DNA of 63,990 nucleotides, filler included, from Octopus bimaculoides (taxonomy: Eukaryota), in assembly GCF_001194135.2 (NCBI RefSeq). It is 12 parts of 9 records of this genome, joined end to end, with 100 filler letters (N's around TTAATTAATTAA, not from the genome) between each part and the next. Parts side by side here need not be neighbours in the genome. Positions count along the whole stretch, not along the records: positions 27,346 to 33,598 come from NC_068982.1; positions 33,699 to 36,358 come from NC_069007.1; positions 36,459 to 40,172 come from NC_068984.1; positions 40,273 to 44,197 come from NC_068984.1; 8 more parts are not named here. One strand, written 5' to 3'. The notes under the pieces are model-generated. The model ran no database searches, was not told the DNA's origin, and was given only the letters and a program-made list of their open reading frames with translations. Shown here piece after piece: positions 28,274 to 40,952 of this stretch (positions are counted from its first letter, which is position 1; each line of letters opens with the position of its first letter). Position numbers and translations under genes: made by a program.

Positions 28274-31000
28274 TATATATATATATATATATGCATACAT
28301 ATATATATGTATATATTTATATATATATATGCATATATATATGTATATGTATATACATACATGCACATACATGTATAACTAGCATACAAGTGTGTACACG
28401 CATTTATATGTACTAAGCACGCCCTTAAGTCAAAAGTAACTACTATAAATTTAATAAATGAAAGCAGGTGACATAAATATAATTATATGACAATAGGCGA
28501 ACAATAAATGTTGATACAAAAGAAGTCCAAATCCAGCGAGTAAAAGGGAATAATTTTTATAACGTCTCTCGCAGCCTATGGATAGGGAACATAATCGAAA
28601 ATGTACTATGGTAGTATACGTATTTTGCTTTCGCTATTTAGGCATGTAGTGGCGGTCCAGGGTGGTTTTCAGGAAGATTGAGCTTTCTATGCGGCAGATT
28701 TCTAACATTCTCCTACCGTTTGGTCTCAATAATGCTTGCCTGCATATGGTGCATTATCCAGCTGGTAAATATTTTTAGTCTGGAGACTAAAATTATCGTT
28801 GTAAGACTTATTTATTCAAAAACAATAGAAGCGGAGCGATACATTGATAAATATTTGAAGAGTGGGTGGAAGAATAATTAGGTAACATAGATTGACAAAA
28901 TTCACGTTACTATGTAATCATGTACAGGCGTATACATATTTCCCTCTCTATTAATTATCTTACTTTATATTCATTTTACCCTTATCTATAGTCTCGATAT
29001 ATGTCATTATTACTGTCACTATCATACTCTAACTGATACCTTTTAAATAATTTAATGTATACGCTAATCAAACAGGTCATATTTGACGGGTAATCTGCTA
29101 ATACAATAACAATGATGAAATTTCAAACTGTTTATGCTATGTATATGTAACACATGAAGAAGCCATATGCCATATGTCACCTATCTTTTGTCCATGCATT
29201 TCAAGAGCTGGAAATAAAAACTACTGCAGACTCCGTGGAATCAATCCTTATATTTAATCTGATTAATGGAATTTCTGTATGTAATAGCATGTGGTTAGCA
29301 AATGGAGCAGCGATTTCAGACTTGCTACGGGGAAAACCTATTTTATTGTACAATAATACAATGAAATGGATGACTTTCGAAGTTGTCAAAAACACAACAA
29401 TGTATATGCACACACACACGCACACGCACGCATACACACACGCGCACGAACGCAAACACACACACATACACACGCACACACACCCACATAAAAACAAGTG
29501 ATACTCAAAACAATCGCATGGCAACAGCAATTTGTGAGAAGCAGTAGACTAAATGAAAAGAACTTGTCTATGTTTGTATGCATGTTTTGTATATGTACAT
29601 ATACATATATACCCCCACACACACACGCGCATTTATACACGTAAATGCATGTACATAATTACACTCATACAAACACAGACATGTAATATGCTTTTATAAA
29701 TATAAGCATGTACGTTCGTAAATATATACATATCTATTTTTCTGAATTACTTTATGGTTTCTATGAATGGCGTGTGGTCATCCTGGGGTACCGCCTTCCA
29801 AGTTTTTCAGCTTTGTTGTATAGCTGGAAATTTATATATAATTGAATTTCCGGCACAGGATCTTCCCTAAGTGTATTCGTCAATAGCTGGCTCGTCAGGT
29901 ATACTAATTTGGAGTTCGTCCAATATTTACTTCAATACTCCAAATGAGATCCCTTTTTTATATTTCTAATTTTCTTGTGTAGGCAGTTCAACACTCGAGA
30001 ACCTCTAAATGTCAGATTGTTTCAATAGACTGTGATTATCTGTCTTCAAAATCTGTAGACAGGAAAGTGATAGGGTCTGTTAGATCTGCATTGCAGTTTT
30101 CTTTATTATTTGTAATTTGAGACATGCCCTTCCATTTTTTTTCCTTTTATACATAACAATATCGTTCGCCATTCAAGAGAACAGAGATGTAGTCATCTTT
30201 GATTTTTAATACGACAGTGTTACTAGTTATATAATGAGTATCTTTGGAAGTAAACATTTACCGTCATGGGATTGAGACAAAAAAATAATAATTCTAATTT
30301 AACTTATTGCTAAATTCTTCATGGTTGTACAAATACGGAAATGTTTGTTACCTTAAATAATATTAAATGAAAGAAATTACTCAATTATATATTACTAATA
30401 AATATTCGCTATTATTATTTTCACGATTTTATCAATGCATTCGCAATACACTCCATAGAACATCTTTCACTGCAAAATTTCGTTTAAAGATATGCTTTTT
30501 CGGAATGATCTAAGAAACAAAACAAGTGGCAGGTTCATAAACTGGAGTTATACCCCTCTCTTGTTCACTTTCGCCATCGGTATCTCTTTCCTTTATTTCA
30601 TGAATTAACATCATTGGAAATGAGACACTGGTTACATGTAAAAATAATAATAACATGTAAAACATTTCAAATTGCCAATTTCTCGATAAGTATTTTTTTT
30701 GTAACCAATAAAATAATATTGTTGTTAACATAGATACGCACACATACATATACATATATATATATGCATGTGCCTGTGTGTAACTGTGTGTATGTAGGTA
30801 TGTGTGTGTGTATGTGTGTGTGTATGTGTGTGTGTGTTTGTGTGTATAAACAAGCGTATTATTTGAACGTTTTTGAAAGTATAAACTTCAACTAAATTGC
30901 TAATTTTCAATGATTTTTGCCAGTATTTTCCTTGCTCACGACAACTTTCACTGCCACATTTAAACCGTCAGGTATTCGTTTCATTTAGTCATATAAAGAA

Positions 31001-31030
31001 CTAGCAGAAATACCCGGCTTTGCGCGGATT
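31001..31030 (-). mobile_element. Possible non-autonomous Helitron 3' terminus
   Basis: Minus strand atccgcgcaaagccgggtatttctgCTAG|t: an imperfect GC-rich hairpin ~10 nt upstream of CTAG, followed by T. 5' end not identified. Confidence 0.35.
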
Positions 31031-31679
31031 ACAGAGAGTAATGAAAGTTTAAAATGCCGTCTAGATTACGCTGGTCTGAACTGCTAGTAGCTGAGATAGC
31101 AACTGTCTACATTAATAACTCTCCAACCCACGCTAGCATGGAACATAGACATTAAATGAAATGCTAAAAGAAAGTTTTCAACTCATATTTGTATATAAAG
31201 TAATTACACGTAATGCAAAGACACGCTTATTTCGTATAGCTTATTTCATTGGACGGAGACATTCTTTTGGCTGACCATAACATTGTAACAAATTTGACAC
31301 TTTCCTTCTAGGCATGGTTATGTACATATACAGAAATACACAGGTGCAGAAGATAGTAAGCACTGAAAATAACTGGGTAACTGATATTATATATCTTCAT
31401 ACCACGAGCAGAATGTAAATAACATTTTTTACGGAAAATAAAGGATTAAACGAGTTGAAGCGAAATTTGTCAGTGAACCAAAGAGCCAGTATCAAAAGAA
31501 CCAGAAAAAAAGCTGTTAACAACAGAAAAACAGAGAACCGTTGCAAAAGTAATTAAGAAAATTGTAAGGGAATTAGTGTACGGATTAAAATGACATTTTT
31601 TAAGCTACTTAAAGGTAGCTTAAAGGAGAGAGAGAAGGTACCAGCTAATTAGACAAATAGGATAGATATAGATAGAAAT

Positions 31680-31740
<61 letters not shown>

Positions 31741-32340
31741 TAGGTAGATAGGTAGATAGATAGAGATGGATAGAGAGATATACATAGAGAGATAAAGAGG
31801 GATAGAGATAGAGAAAGAAGGGCACAGCGATATAGATAGAGATATATAGAGAGACTTGAATCTAATATAAAAAGCAATATTTTATTATTTTTTGTATGAC
31901 CAATGGATGTAAGGGAGACACTCAGTTTCTGAGAGTTACTTCGCAAAGAGTTACCACCCTCATCTACGTACCCTAGGAACTGTTATTTTCTCCTCTTAGG
32001 GGCCCCGTTACTCATTATGTGAAAAATGTTGGGAGTCTGAAACCATCCCTGGAATATATGTAGCGTATGTTCCCAGTCTGGAGAAAACAGTTGAAACATA
32101 CGACCGTTATAATGTTTTACACACAAACAAACAAACATAGAACGAGATTCATATGATAGATAATCTTCTTGTATATTGGAAGAGTCATTACACCAATTAT
32201 AATAACACATGTACGTGCTCAATACCACGGGACTTATATGTGACTAACAAAATAGTCGATATTTTTATAACTGTGTATGGTCATATTTTTCCAAATTAAT
32301 CTCACGCACTAGATAATCGGTTAGCACTTGAGCTTTATTA

Positions 32341-32407
<67 letters not shown>

Positions 32408-33708
32408 GCTAGTGTCCTATGTCTGAAAACGTTCGTCACACATTCTATTGATTCTTCAATAACACTCTATCAACCGTGGCTTTTTTGTCCTGTTTAGGCG
32501 CTCCTGTCTTTCCGCAGTGTGTATTTTTATCTACACATGCGTGTGCGTCTGTCATTGTGTGTGCATGTCCATGTGTGTGTTTCTGTGTGTGTTCGCGTGT
32601 TGGAGTTTGTCTATTGTATGTGCTTGTCTATAGTATGTTTAGCATGTGCCTCGTGTGCGTGTATATGAGATTGTTTACGTTCTTGTGTCATCAATTAGTT
32701 TTTTATTCATTAAATAATTCTTTTTGTTTGCCTCTTTGTTTTCTCACATTCCATCTTTTGTATGAGTACGAGTTTCTTGTGTGTATATATGTGTTTATGT
32801 ATCATACTATTTGTACCGAGCCTCCGTGTTCTAATCGAGTTTGTTAGTAAAGCACTCATAAACTAACCACCGCTTTGAGCTCCCACCGATGACCACTTAT
32901 GTAACGTGATGTCTCCACATTCTACCTACAATATATATTTCCGATTCTGTATTGGTAATATCTTGTTCATGCGAGCATTCTCGTATAGTTGTCCCAACGA
33001 CGGGTCAAATAGATATTTACACAAAATATTGATGTCGATTCGGCCCAGCACGCCGATATGTTGAGCTCTGGCAAGCTTACAGACTGTTTCCTGTCGTTAT
33101 ATTCTCGATAGTAGAAGTATAAGATTTATTTTAGCACACCAATTCATCCTAACTTAATACAAAAGCAATGAATACTTTCGTTCATTCTTGCTTTGAATTT
33201 GCTTCCTTTTTGATCACACTGTTACAGTGTCTTAGCACAAATATATAATCAATTATTTTACTATTTTTATTAGTATAAATGTATGTATGTATGCAAGTAT
33301 TTGTATATATAATATGTACGCACACCAAACACACACACACACCACACTAATACATACATACACGCACACAGACAGAGACACACACACACACACATATAAT
33401 ATAGATATACATGTACGTGGGTGCATGGCTTCTTCGCTAGAGTATTGTAGTGACGACCAAAACATTGTGGTGTCAATTGCTGGACTGACTGTTACGTTGG
33501 GTCCAGGAACTGGAACGTATATAAATGCATACATACACATACACACATACATATAATGCAGATAAATCAGGCTGAATTATATATATATATATATATATNN
33601 NNNNNNNNNNNNNNNNNNNNNNNNNNNNNNNNNNNNNNNNNNTTAATTAATTAANNNNNNNNNNNNNNNNNNNNNNNNNNNNNNNNNNNNNNNNNNNNTA
33701 TATATATA

Positions 33709-33911
33709 TACTCTTTTACTTGTTTCAGTCATTTGACTGCGGCCATGCTGGAGCACTGCCTTTAGTCGAGCAAATCGACCCCAGTCCTTATTCTTTGTAA
33801 GCCTAGTACTTATCACATCGGTCTCTTTTGCCGAAAGGCTAAGTGTCGGGGACATAAACACACCAGTATTGGTTGTCAAGCAATGCTAGGGGGACAAACA
33901 CAGACATACAA

Positions 33912-33944
<33 letters not shown>

Positions 33945-34006
33945 CATATATATGACGGGTTTCTTTCAGTTTCCGTCTACCAAATCCACTCACAAAGCTT
34001 TGGTCA
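33709..34006 (-). mobile_element. tRNA-derived SINE, family B (internal TA/CA microsatellite, GAGTAAAA tail), 3' part
   Basis: tactcttttacttgtttcagtcatttgactgcggccatgctggagc...tttcagtttccgtctaccaaatccactcacaa. Confidence 0.85.
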
Positions 34007-34577
34007 TGCATATGATTCACTACAAGTGTCGTGGTTTCTGTATCTAAGTCTGGTCTAATGACCTTAATACATGTAAGTACTATTGATGAAATCCACTCCA
34101 AACTTCCGTACATAGTAAAAGAAAAACTGTGATGGCAGCTAATATAATATGAAGAACGTTAAGACTAATCTGACAACAAGAATATAGAAAATAATCCTTC
34201 CCATTACATCGTCGCATTATCAATGTGTTGATTTAGTGTGATCCTGCGGTATAGGATACATCTTAAAAAGACAAAGCCACCTAAAGTATTATTTGGTACA
34301 ATCCTCCTTAAAATATGAATAATTCAAATTTAGGAAGAAAAGTTTTTCCCCTGATAAGTAAAAGAAAACTGCCCTTAAGCAATATGAGTGCTGTGGTATT
34401 TGCAACAGAAACACATGAAAGCAAGCTGTAGCTGTTTGGACGATATGAACTAGAACATTTCCTATTATAATTAAAACTTCAAAATTTAAGTTCGATTGCA
34501 TGCTTCTGCATGCTTCTTCAAAAGATGATTAATCACTGCACAAAATGGAAAATTCGTATCGAGTATCCTGCCACCCA

Positions 34578-34902
34578 GGCACTCCATCGGTTACGACGGC
34601 GAGTACTCCAATTGATTCGACCAACGGAACAGCCGGCTCATGAAATTAACGTGTAGGTGGCTAAGCAATCTACAGACACTCTTCCCTTTAACTTAGTTCT
34701 CAGGGAGACTCAGCGTGTTACATAATGCGACGAGGCTGATCCTTTGAATTACAGGTACATCCGATTTTTGCCAGCTGAATTGACTGGATCAACGTGAAAT
34801 GAAGTATGTTGCTCAAGGAACACAACGTGCCACCGGGAATCGAACTCATGACCTTACCATTGTGAGCCCAACACCTCTAACCACTATGCCACGTACCTTC
34901 AC
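34578..34902 (-). mobile_element. Family-C-related SINE variant (shared tail, different head)
   Basis: Shares ggcactccatcggttacgac...cctttgaattacagg with family C. The head differs: gggaatcgaactcatgacc...ctaaccactatgccacg. Confidence 0.75.
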
Positions 34903-35732
34903 CCTTTCCGTCTAAAGCCACAATAACAGTAGGTAAAGGTTTTGAATTGGACTAAATACAGATTTGTAAAAAGAGCCATGATGAACATAATCGAAAATGA
35001 AATTGCAATATACGTATTACTGAGAAATAAACATCTTAAAACGAGGATACAACGCCGTAAACAGAAGATATGAGAATTTATCCATATGCTGACAGATGGG
35101 AAATTTTCTCTGCCTGAGATGAAAACACAAATACGTAAAAAATATTGTTTCATCAAAATTACTATTTGGTTTTGTTTGCGAAAGGAAAAAAAAATATTGC
35201 ATATCCAAGTTAAGTATGTTTCCTAAGGATAAAAACGCACAACCAACGTAGTATTATATCGATTAATCACAAACGCAATATGCACAACGGCGCACAGAGG
35301 GCTCTTCAGAAACGTATCTATGCGCACATGTATATACATGTATCACGAAATGAAACGGAATTACAATGCTGTGCCTGGGTGAACTTGGGATGTTGACCTT
35401 CTGCTTGCTAATTAAAACCAGCACAGCACGTGGCTTAGATTCAAGCATGCCCGAACGAACACGTCTGTTGCACATGGCGGTTTGTTACAAGTTGGACAAT
35501 GAAGAATTCCGAAGAGCTGCGTGCTTGAGTGAAGTTCTCTCTCAGATTGTGATAGAGTATTGTACAAAAGGAATTGATTGAAAAGTACATCATCTCACGT
35601 GCTGTATTCCTTCCAAATCCTTAGTTTCTGAGTTCAACTTCCGCGTTTCGAGAAAGGTATACTAAACTACCAGTCAAAACCTGGGGTTAATACTACTCGC
35701 CAAAATCCGACCTTTCAAAATTGAAAGACGTA

Positions 35733-36358
35733 GGGGCAGGTGTGACTGTGTGGTAAAAAGGTTTTCGCTACTATTTCTGGAAAAAAAAAAAAAAAAGGCG
35801 GCGAGCTAGCAGAAACGTTAGCACGCCGGGCGATATGCTTAGCGGTATTTCGTCTGCCGCTACGTTCTGAGTTCAAATTCCGCCGAGGTCGACTTTGCCT
35901 TCCATCCTTTTTCGGGGTCGATAAATTAAGTACCAGTTACGCACTAGGGTCGACGTAATCGACTTAATCCCTCTGTCTGTCGTTATTTGTCCCCTCTATG
36001 TTTAGGCCCTTGTGGGCAATAAAGAAATATGAAGCTCTGCTTCTCAACTACATGGTTCCAGGTTCAGTCCCACTGCGTGGCACCTTGGGCAAATGTCTTC
36101 TACTATTGACTCGGGCCGACCAAAGCCTTGTGAGTTGATTTGGTAGACGGAAACTGAAAGAAGCCTGTCGTATATATGTATGCATGTATGTACGTATATA
36201 TATCTGTGTGTCTGTGTGTGTGTTTTTTATCTGTTTGTCTCCCACCACTGCTTGATAACCGGTGTTGGTGTATTTACGTCCCCGTAACTCAGCAGTTCTG
36301 CAAAGTAACCGATAGAATAAATACTCGGCTTAAAAATACGTCCTGGGGTCGAATTGCT
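35733..36358 (+). mobile_element. Family-B SINE interrupted by a family-A SINE
   Basis: Head ggggcaggtgtgactgtgtggtaa (35733). Body resumes at ~36030 with catggttccaggttcagtcccactgcgtggcaccttgggcaa. Confidence 0.8.
35797..36029 (+). mobile_element. tRNA-derived SINE, family A, full-length young copy nested in the head of a family-B SINE
   Basis: Head ggcggcgagctagcagaaacgttagcacgccgggc, B-box-like gagttcaaattcc, tail gcccttgtgggcaataaagaaata. Many homologous copies in the window. Confidence 0.85.
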
Positions 36359-36507
36359 NNNNNNNNNNNNNNNNNNNNNNNNNNNNNNNNNNNNNNNNNN
36401 NNTTAATTAATTAANNNNNNNNNNNNNNNNNNNNNNNNNNNNNNNNNNNNNNNNNNNNGGGGTTAGTTGCCCGCGCTCTTAACCACTAAAAAAAAAAACA
36501 AGTCCAC

Positions 36508-36598
36508 GGCATATGGCGTAGTGGTTAAGAGCGCGGGTTACTAACCCCAGGATTCCGTTCGATTCCAGGCAGTGACCTGAATAATAATACTAATAATG

Positions 36599-36649
<51 letters not shown>

Positions 36650-36790
36650 TCGGAAAATACCTTAGGAATGAGAACCCAGGTTCGAAATTTCCCCCAAGAA
36701 ACTTGAAAACTAGAGGGTAAATTAGCCGATAACAACAAACAAGATGAGGACAAATATCTGTCGAATGAAAGTAATGTAAATAATGTACAT
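36508..36790 (+). mobile_element. tRNA-headed SINE-like element: A/B-box head, (AAT)n, unique 3' segment
   Basis: A-box TGGCGTAGTGG, B-box GTTCGATTCC (36557-36566), (AAT)n at 36580-36648, then atcggaaaataccttaggaatgagaacccagg. No intact acceptor stem, so not a tRNA gene. Confidence 0.7.
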
Positions 36791-36841
36791 AATTCCTCAT
36801 CTCTTAACTATAGAACATATATATGTATTATGCATGAGCAT

Positions 36842-36882
<41 letters not shown>

Positions 36883-36964
36883 ATATACGGACATTAATAT
36901 ACACGCACTCACACACATATACATACATAGTTCTGTGTTTGTGTGTGTGTGTGTGTGTGTGCGT

Positions 36965-37001
<37 letters not shown>

Positions 37002-37588
37002 CGTACATCTATTTGTACACACAAGACTTACCATAGATATATAGACAGACAGACAGACAGACAGACGGATGGCGGGATTGTAAAATTATTACAAACGAAA
37101 CTGCGTAACCGTTAACCTTTACTCAAAACTCTATGTAAATTCATGTATTTCCAATAATCAATCAGGTATTAAACGTCGTTTGTTCTTTAATTTTCGTTTG
37201 GTATTATATATATTTGAATAGAATAGATTACAAGCTGTGTACCTAAGATCAGAATAAAACTGGAGATTCCGTTGTAACCATAAACAAAATATTTAATTAT
37301 TCATTATATAATACATAATTTTTTTAATACATAATCATTACACGTGTTTCACTAGCGTATATTAGTATGCTGAACGATACTCGTTACAGAGGCAGCTGCA
37401 TGGTCACTTTGTACAATGTGCCAAACTGTCAACTACCTGCAGTTTGTATCTGCCTTCTAACTTAAGTCGGTAATAAACAATGGCTCTGGCGTATAGAGTG
37501 ACTACGCAACCCATCAGTTTAACGACTACCGCATAGCATACTAGTATACGCTAGTGAAACACGTGTAAATATTATATAATTTATGATA

Positions 37589-38107
37589 TACTCTTTACTC
37601 TCTTTTACTCTTTTACTTGTTTCAGTCATTTGACTGTGGCCATGCTGGAGCACCGCCTTTAGTCGAGAAAATCGACCCCAGGACTTATTCTTTGTAAGCC
37701 TAGTACTTATTCTGCCGGTCTTTTTTGTCGAACCGCTAAGTTACGGGGACGTAAACACACCACCATCGGTTGTCAAGCGATGTTGGGGGCACCGTTGACT
37801 GAACACTATTCAATTTTTTTTCTCCGTGTTTTTCTCCTTGNNNNNNNNNNCATACCAATACATCCTTTTGTTATTTACACCACCTGTCCTCGTCTGTTGT
37901 TGTTTTTTCGTACATTCTCCCATATATATATATATACATATATACGACGGGCTTCTTTCAGTTTCCGTCTACCAAATCCAGTCACAAGGCTTTGGTCAGC
38001 TCGAGGCTATAGTAGAAGACACTTGCCCAAGGTGCCACGCAGTGGGACTGAACCCGGAACCATGTGGTTCGTAAGCAAGCTACTTACCACACAGCTACTC
38101 CTACGCC
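37589..38107 (-). mobile_element. Family-B SINE, near full length, with an unrelated ~125-bp insert (~37796-37920)
   Basis: Tail tactcttttacttg at the left end, tRNA-like head (ggactgaacccggaaccatgtgg...cttaccacacagctactcctacgcc) at the right end. Confidence 0.85.
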
Positions 38108-38334
38108 TATAATAATAATTTTTAAGCGAATCTCGCCTTTAGTCGAGCAAATCGACCCCAAGACTCTTTGAATGCATACATGTATATATGTCTGTATGCA
38201 CGTACATATATATATGGTTAACGGCACGAAATTGTAATAATCTTTTTGACGTTGACTGATGAGGAATAAGCTACGAATTTTCTGTTATGTTTTTATATTT
38301 CCGTTTGTTGTGTTTTTGTCGAATTGTTTTTAAA

Positions 38335-38372
<38 letters not shown>

Positions 38373-38445
38373 CGCGTGGCAGTTATTCAGTTTAGAACAG
38401 CACTTCCACCTTTGTCAATCAGTAGTCAGGAGATCAGGAAAAATA

Positions 38446-38926
38446 TTGGTTTCAGATTTGGGGTACAAGCCTAGCAATTTTAAGGGAGGTGGATGTCGTA
38501 TACATCGACTCTAGTGTTCAGTTAGCACTCATTTCATCGAACGCGAAATGATGGAAGGCAAAGTCGATTTCAGCGGAATTTGAATTCAGAACGTAAAGAC
38601 GGACGAATTGCGAACACCTCAGCCAGCTCACCGCCTCCAAAGGGAAAATAATGACCTTGAATCATGATCGCTTTGAGTTATTTCGCTTTGCTCATTTTTT
38701 TAATTTTTAATAATGCAAAATACTCTAGGCCATAGATATTCCTTCACCTTTTTTATATATGTTTATATGTCTTATGTCCACTTTAGAGTTAGGTTAGAAC
38801 AACTGCTGCGCTGATGACGCCTGTTAAAGCAACTTGAAAGGATGAAAGGCAAAGACGCCTCAACGGAATTTGAACTTAAAACATAAAGATGGACAAATTG
38901 CCATGAAACATTTTGCCCAGCGTACT
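38446..38926 (-). mobile_element. Two decayed family-A SINE pieces (~38446-38637 and ~38835-38926)
   Basis: ggcaaagtcgatttcagcggaatttgaattcagaacg and gaaaggatgaaaggcaaag...ggaatttgaact. Confidence 0.65.
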
Positions 38927-38961
38927 AATAATAATAACAATGACAATAATAATAATAATAA

Positions 38962-39599
38962 ATGCCCGGATGCAGTACCAGGCAGTGGCTCTCATGGCTT
39001 CTGATCTTAATTAATTGGAAGTTTTATCATGTACATTGTTTTGTCTTGGTATAAAAGATGGGCTACAGTAAATATTCTGCTCAGTACCACAGATTTGCTT
39101 GTCAGTTGTTTGACCTTANNNNNNNNNNGGTATAAAAGATGGGCTACAGTAAATATTCTGCTCAGTACCACAGATTTGCTTGTCAGTTGTTTGACCTTAA
39201 CCAGTTGAGCATGTCCCTTGGTGGCTGACGATATGTGCATCTCTGATCATGAGCAGAAGTAGTGAGGGAGCATCATAGCCATGTGTTGAGAGGAGTTCTT
39301 TGGGGGTTTGAATAATTCAACTTTGGAAGCATGGGTCTTTTGCTCAACATCCTTAAACAAACCTTATTCAGGGACCTTTTAAGTGGGATGGGCTACTCGA
39401 CCTGAAGAAAATTATAACTGGGCCCCACCTGCGAGATCATGCGCTTTTTATCTTGATATGAGATCACCATGTCGCGCACATATGGTTGTGATGCATGTGT
39501 ATGTTGTACCCTTATCAGACGGGTAGTCACGTTGGGTATAACGGGCTTCGTATATTTTACCCCAGTGTCACTTTGATGGCATGCGCTGCTCTCTCACTC
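38962..39599. mobile_element. ~640-bp non-coding interspersed element flanked on both sides by (AAT)n
   Basis: A GC-richer island between AAT runs at 38927-38960 and 39600-39617, with no ORF and no clear A/B boxes. Contains a 71-bp assembly overlap around a 10-N gap. Its repeat status is recalled from octopus sequence, not shown by a second copy in this window. Confidence 0.55.
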
Positions 39600-39830
39600 A
39601 ATAATAATAATAATAATGTGCATCAGTACACACAACAATCCTAATTAGTCTAGGAACGTGGACAGTTGATGAAAATAAAATTTATCAAAATATTTAACAC
39701 ACACAAAATTCAAACAAAGTAACAGTTTAATTAATCCAACAATCAATCAAATTACAGCAAATACGAAACTAATTTCCTTTTCTAAAATAAATGTACTGTA
39801 ACAGTTTATTAAAATAATGGTGGTGGTGGT

Positions 39831-40172
39831 TGGCACTCCGTCGGTTACGACGTCGAGGATTCCAGTTGATCCGATCAACGGAACAGCCTGCTCGTAAAAT
39901 TAATGTGCAAGTGGCTGAGCACTCCACAGCCACGTGTACCCTTAACGTAGTTCTCGGGGAGATTCAGCGTGACACAGTGTGACAAGGCTGACCCTTTGAA
40001 TTACAGGCACAACAGAAACAGGAAGTAAGAGTGAGAGAACGTTGTGGTGAAAGAGTACAGCATGGTTCACTACCATCCCTTGCCGGAGCCTCGTGGAGCT
40101 TTAGGTGTTTTCGCTCAATAAACACTCACAACCGGTCCGAGAATCGAAACCGCGATCCTCTACCCTAACCCC
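39831..40172 (-). mobile_element. Family-C SINE, head cut by deletion and gap
   Basis: tggcactccgtcggttacgacg...gttgatccgatcaacggaacagcctgctcg...gaatcgaaaccgcgatcct; collinear with 46047-46430. Confidence 0.85.
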
Positions 40173-40384
40173 NNNNNNNNNNNNNNNNNNNNNNNNNNNN
40201 NNNNNNNNNNNNNNNNTTAATTAATTAANNNNNNNNNNNNNNNNNNNNNNNNNNNNNNNNNNNNNNNNNNNNAAAAATAGTGGCGTTATACTAAAAAAAA
40301 TCGCAGCGAGTAATAACACGTCCGACAAGTAAACTCACGGCAGACGAAATACCGCTAAACATTTCGCCCGGCGTGCTAATGTTT

Positions 40385-40620
40385 CTTATTTCTTTATTGC
40401 CCACAAGGGGCTAAACATAGAGGGGACAAACAAGGACAGACAAAGGGATTAAGTCGATTACATCGGCCCCAGTGCGTAACTGATACTTAATTTATCGACC
40501 CCGAAAGGATGAAAGGAAAAGTCGACCTCGGCGGAATTTGAACTCAGAACGTAACAGCAGACGAAACATCGCTAAGCATTTCGCCCGGCGTGCTAATGTT
40601 TCTGCCAGCTCACCACCTTT
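40385..40620 (-). mobile_element. Family-A SINE, full-length young copy
   Basis: Reverse complement nearly identical to 35797-36029. Abuts a partial family-A copy at ~40321-40384. Confidence 0.85.
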
Positions 40621-40649
40621 CTACTTGCATTAATATTAGACTTCCCACC

Positions 40650-40877
40650 TTTAAGGCTGTGAACTTGCAGAAACGTTAGTACGCTGGACGAAACACTTTG
40701 CAGTATTTCGCCCGTCACTACATTCAGAGTTCAGTCAAATTTCGCCGAGGTCGACTTTGCCTTTCATCCTTTCCGAGTTGATAAATTAAGTAAGTACCAG
40801 TCAAGTACTGGAGTTGATGTGATCGACTTATCCCCTCCCCACAAATTTTAAGCCTTGTGCCTTTTGTGGAAAGGATC
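40650..40877 (+). mobile_element. Family-A SINE, older copy with variant tail
   Basis: aaggctgtgaacttgcagaaacgttag...gccgaggtcgactttgcctttcatcc...gccttgtgcc. Confidence 0.8.
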
Positions 40878-40897
40878 AATATTAGACTCCTCCATTT

Positions 40898-40952
40898 TAA
40901 GGCGGCGAGATGGCAGAGTCGTTAGCACGCCGGTCGAACTGCTTCGCGGTAT
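40898..40952 (+). mobile_element. 5' part of the split family-A SINE
   Basis: aaggcggcgagatggcagagtcgttagcacgccggtcgaactgcttcgcggtat; the element continues at 42547. Confidence 0.8.

Noticed and set aside
28642-28764. 123-bp plus-strand exon candidate (phase 0-0, ACSGGPGWFSGRLSFLCG...)
   Set aside because: Splice signals are plausible, but there is no homology, no phase-compatible partner exon, and the start resembles a transposon end.
36508-36577. Functional tRNA gene
   Set aside because: A/B boxes are present but there is no intact acceptor stem, the T-arm is damaged, and it runs into (AAT)n; treated as a SINE head.
38256-38830. Hammerhead cores at CTGATGA 38256 and 38811
   Set aside because: No intact downstream GAAA, stem III or NUH; a 7-mer is expected by chance several times in 64 kb.
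39048-39199. Perfect 71-bp direct repeat (39048-39118 and 39129-39199)
   Set aside because: Identical copies straddle a 10-N gap, typical of an unmerged contig overlap.
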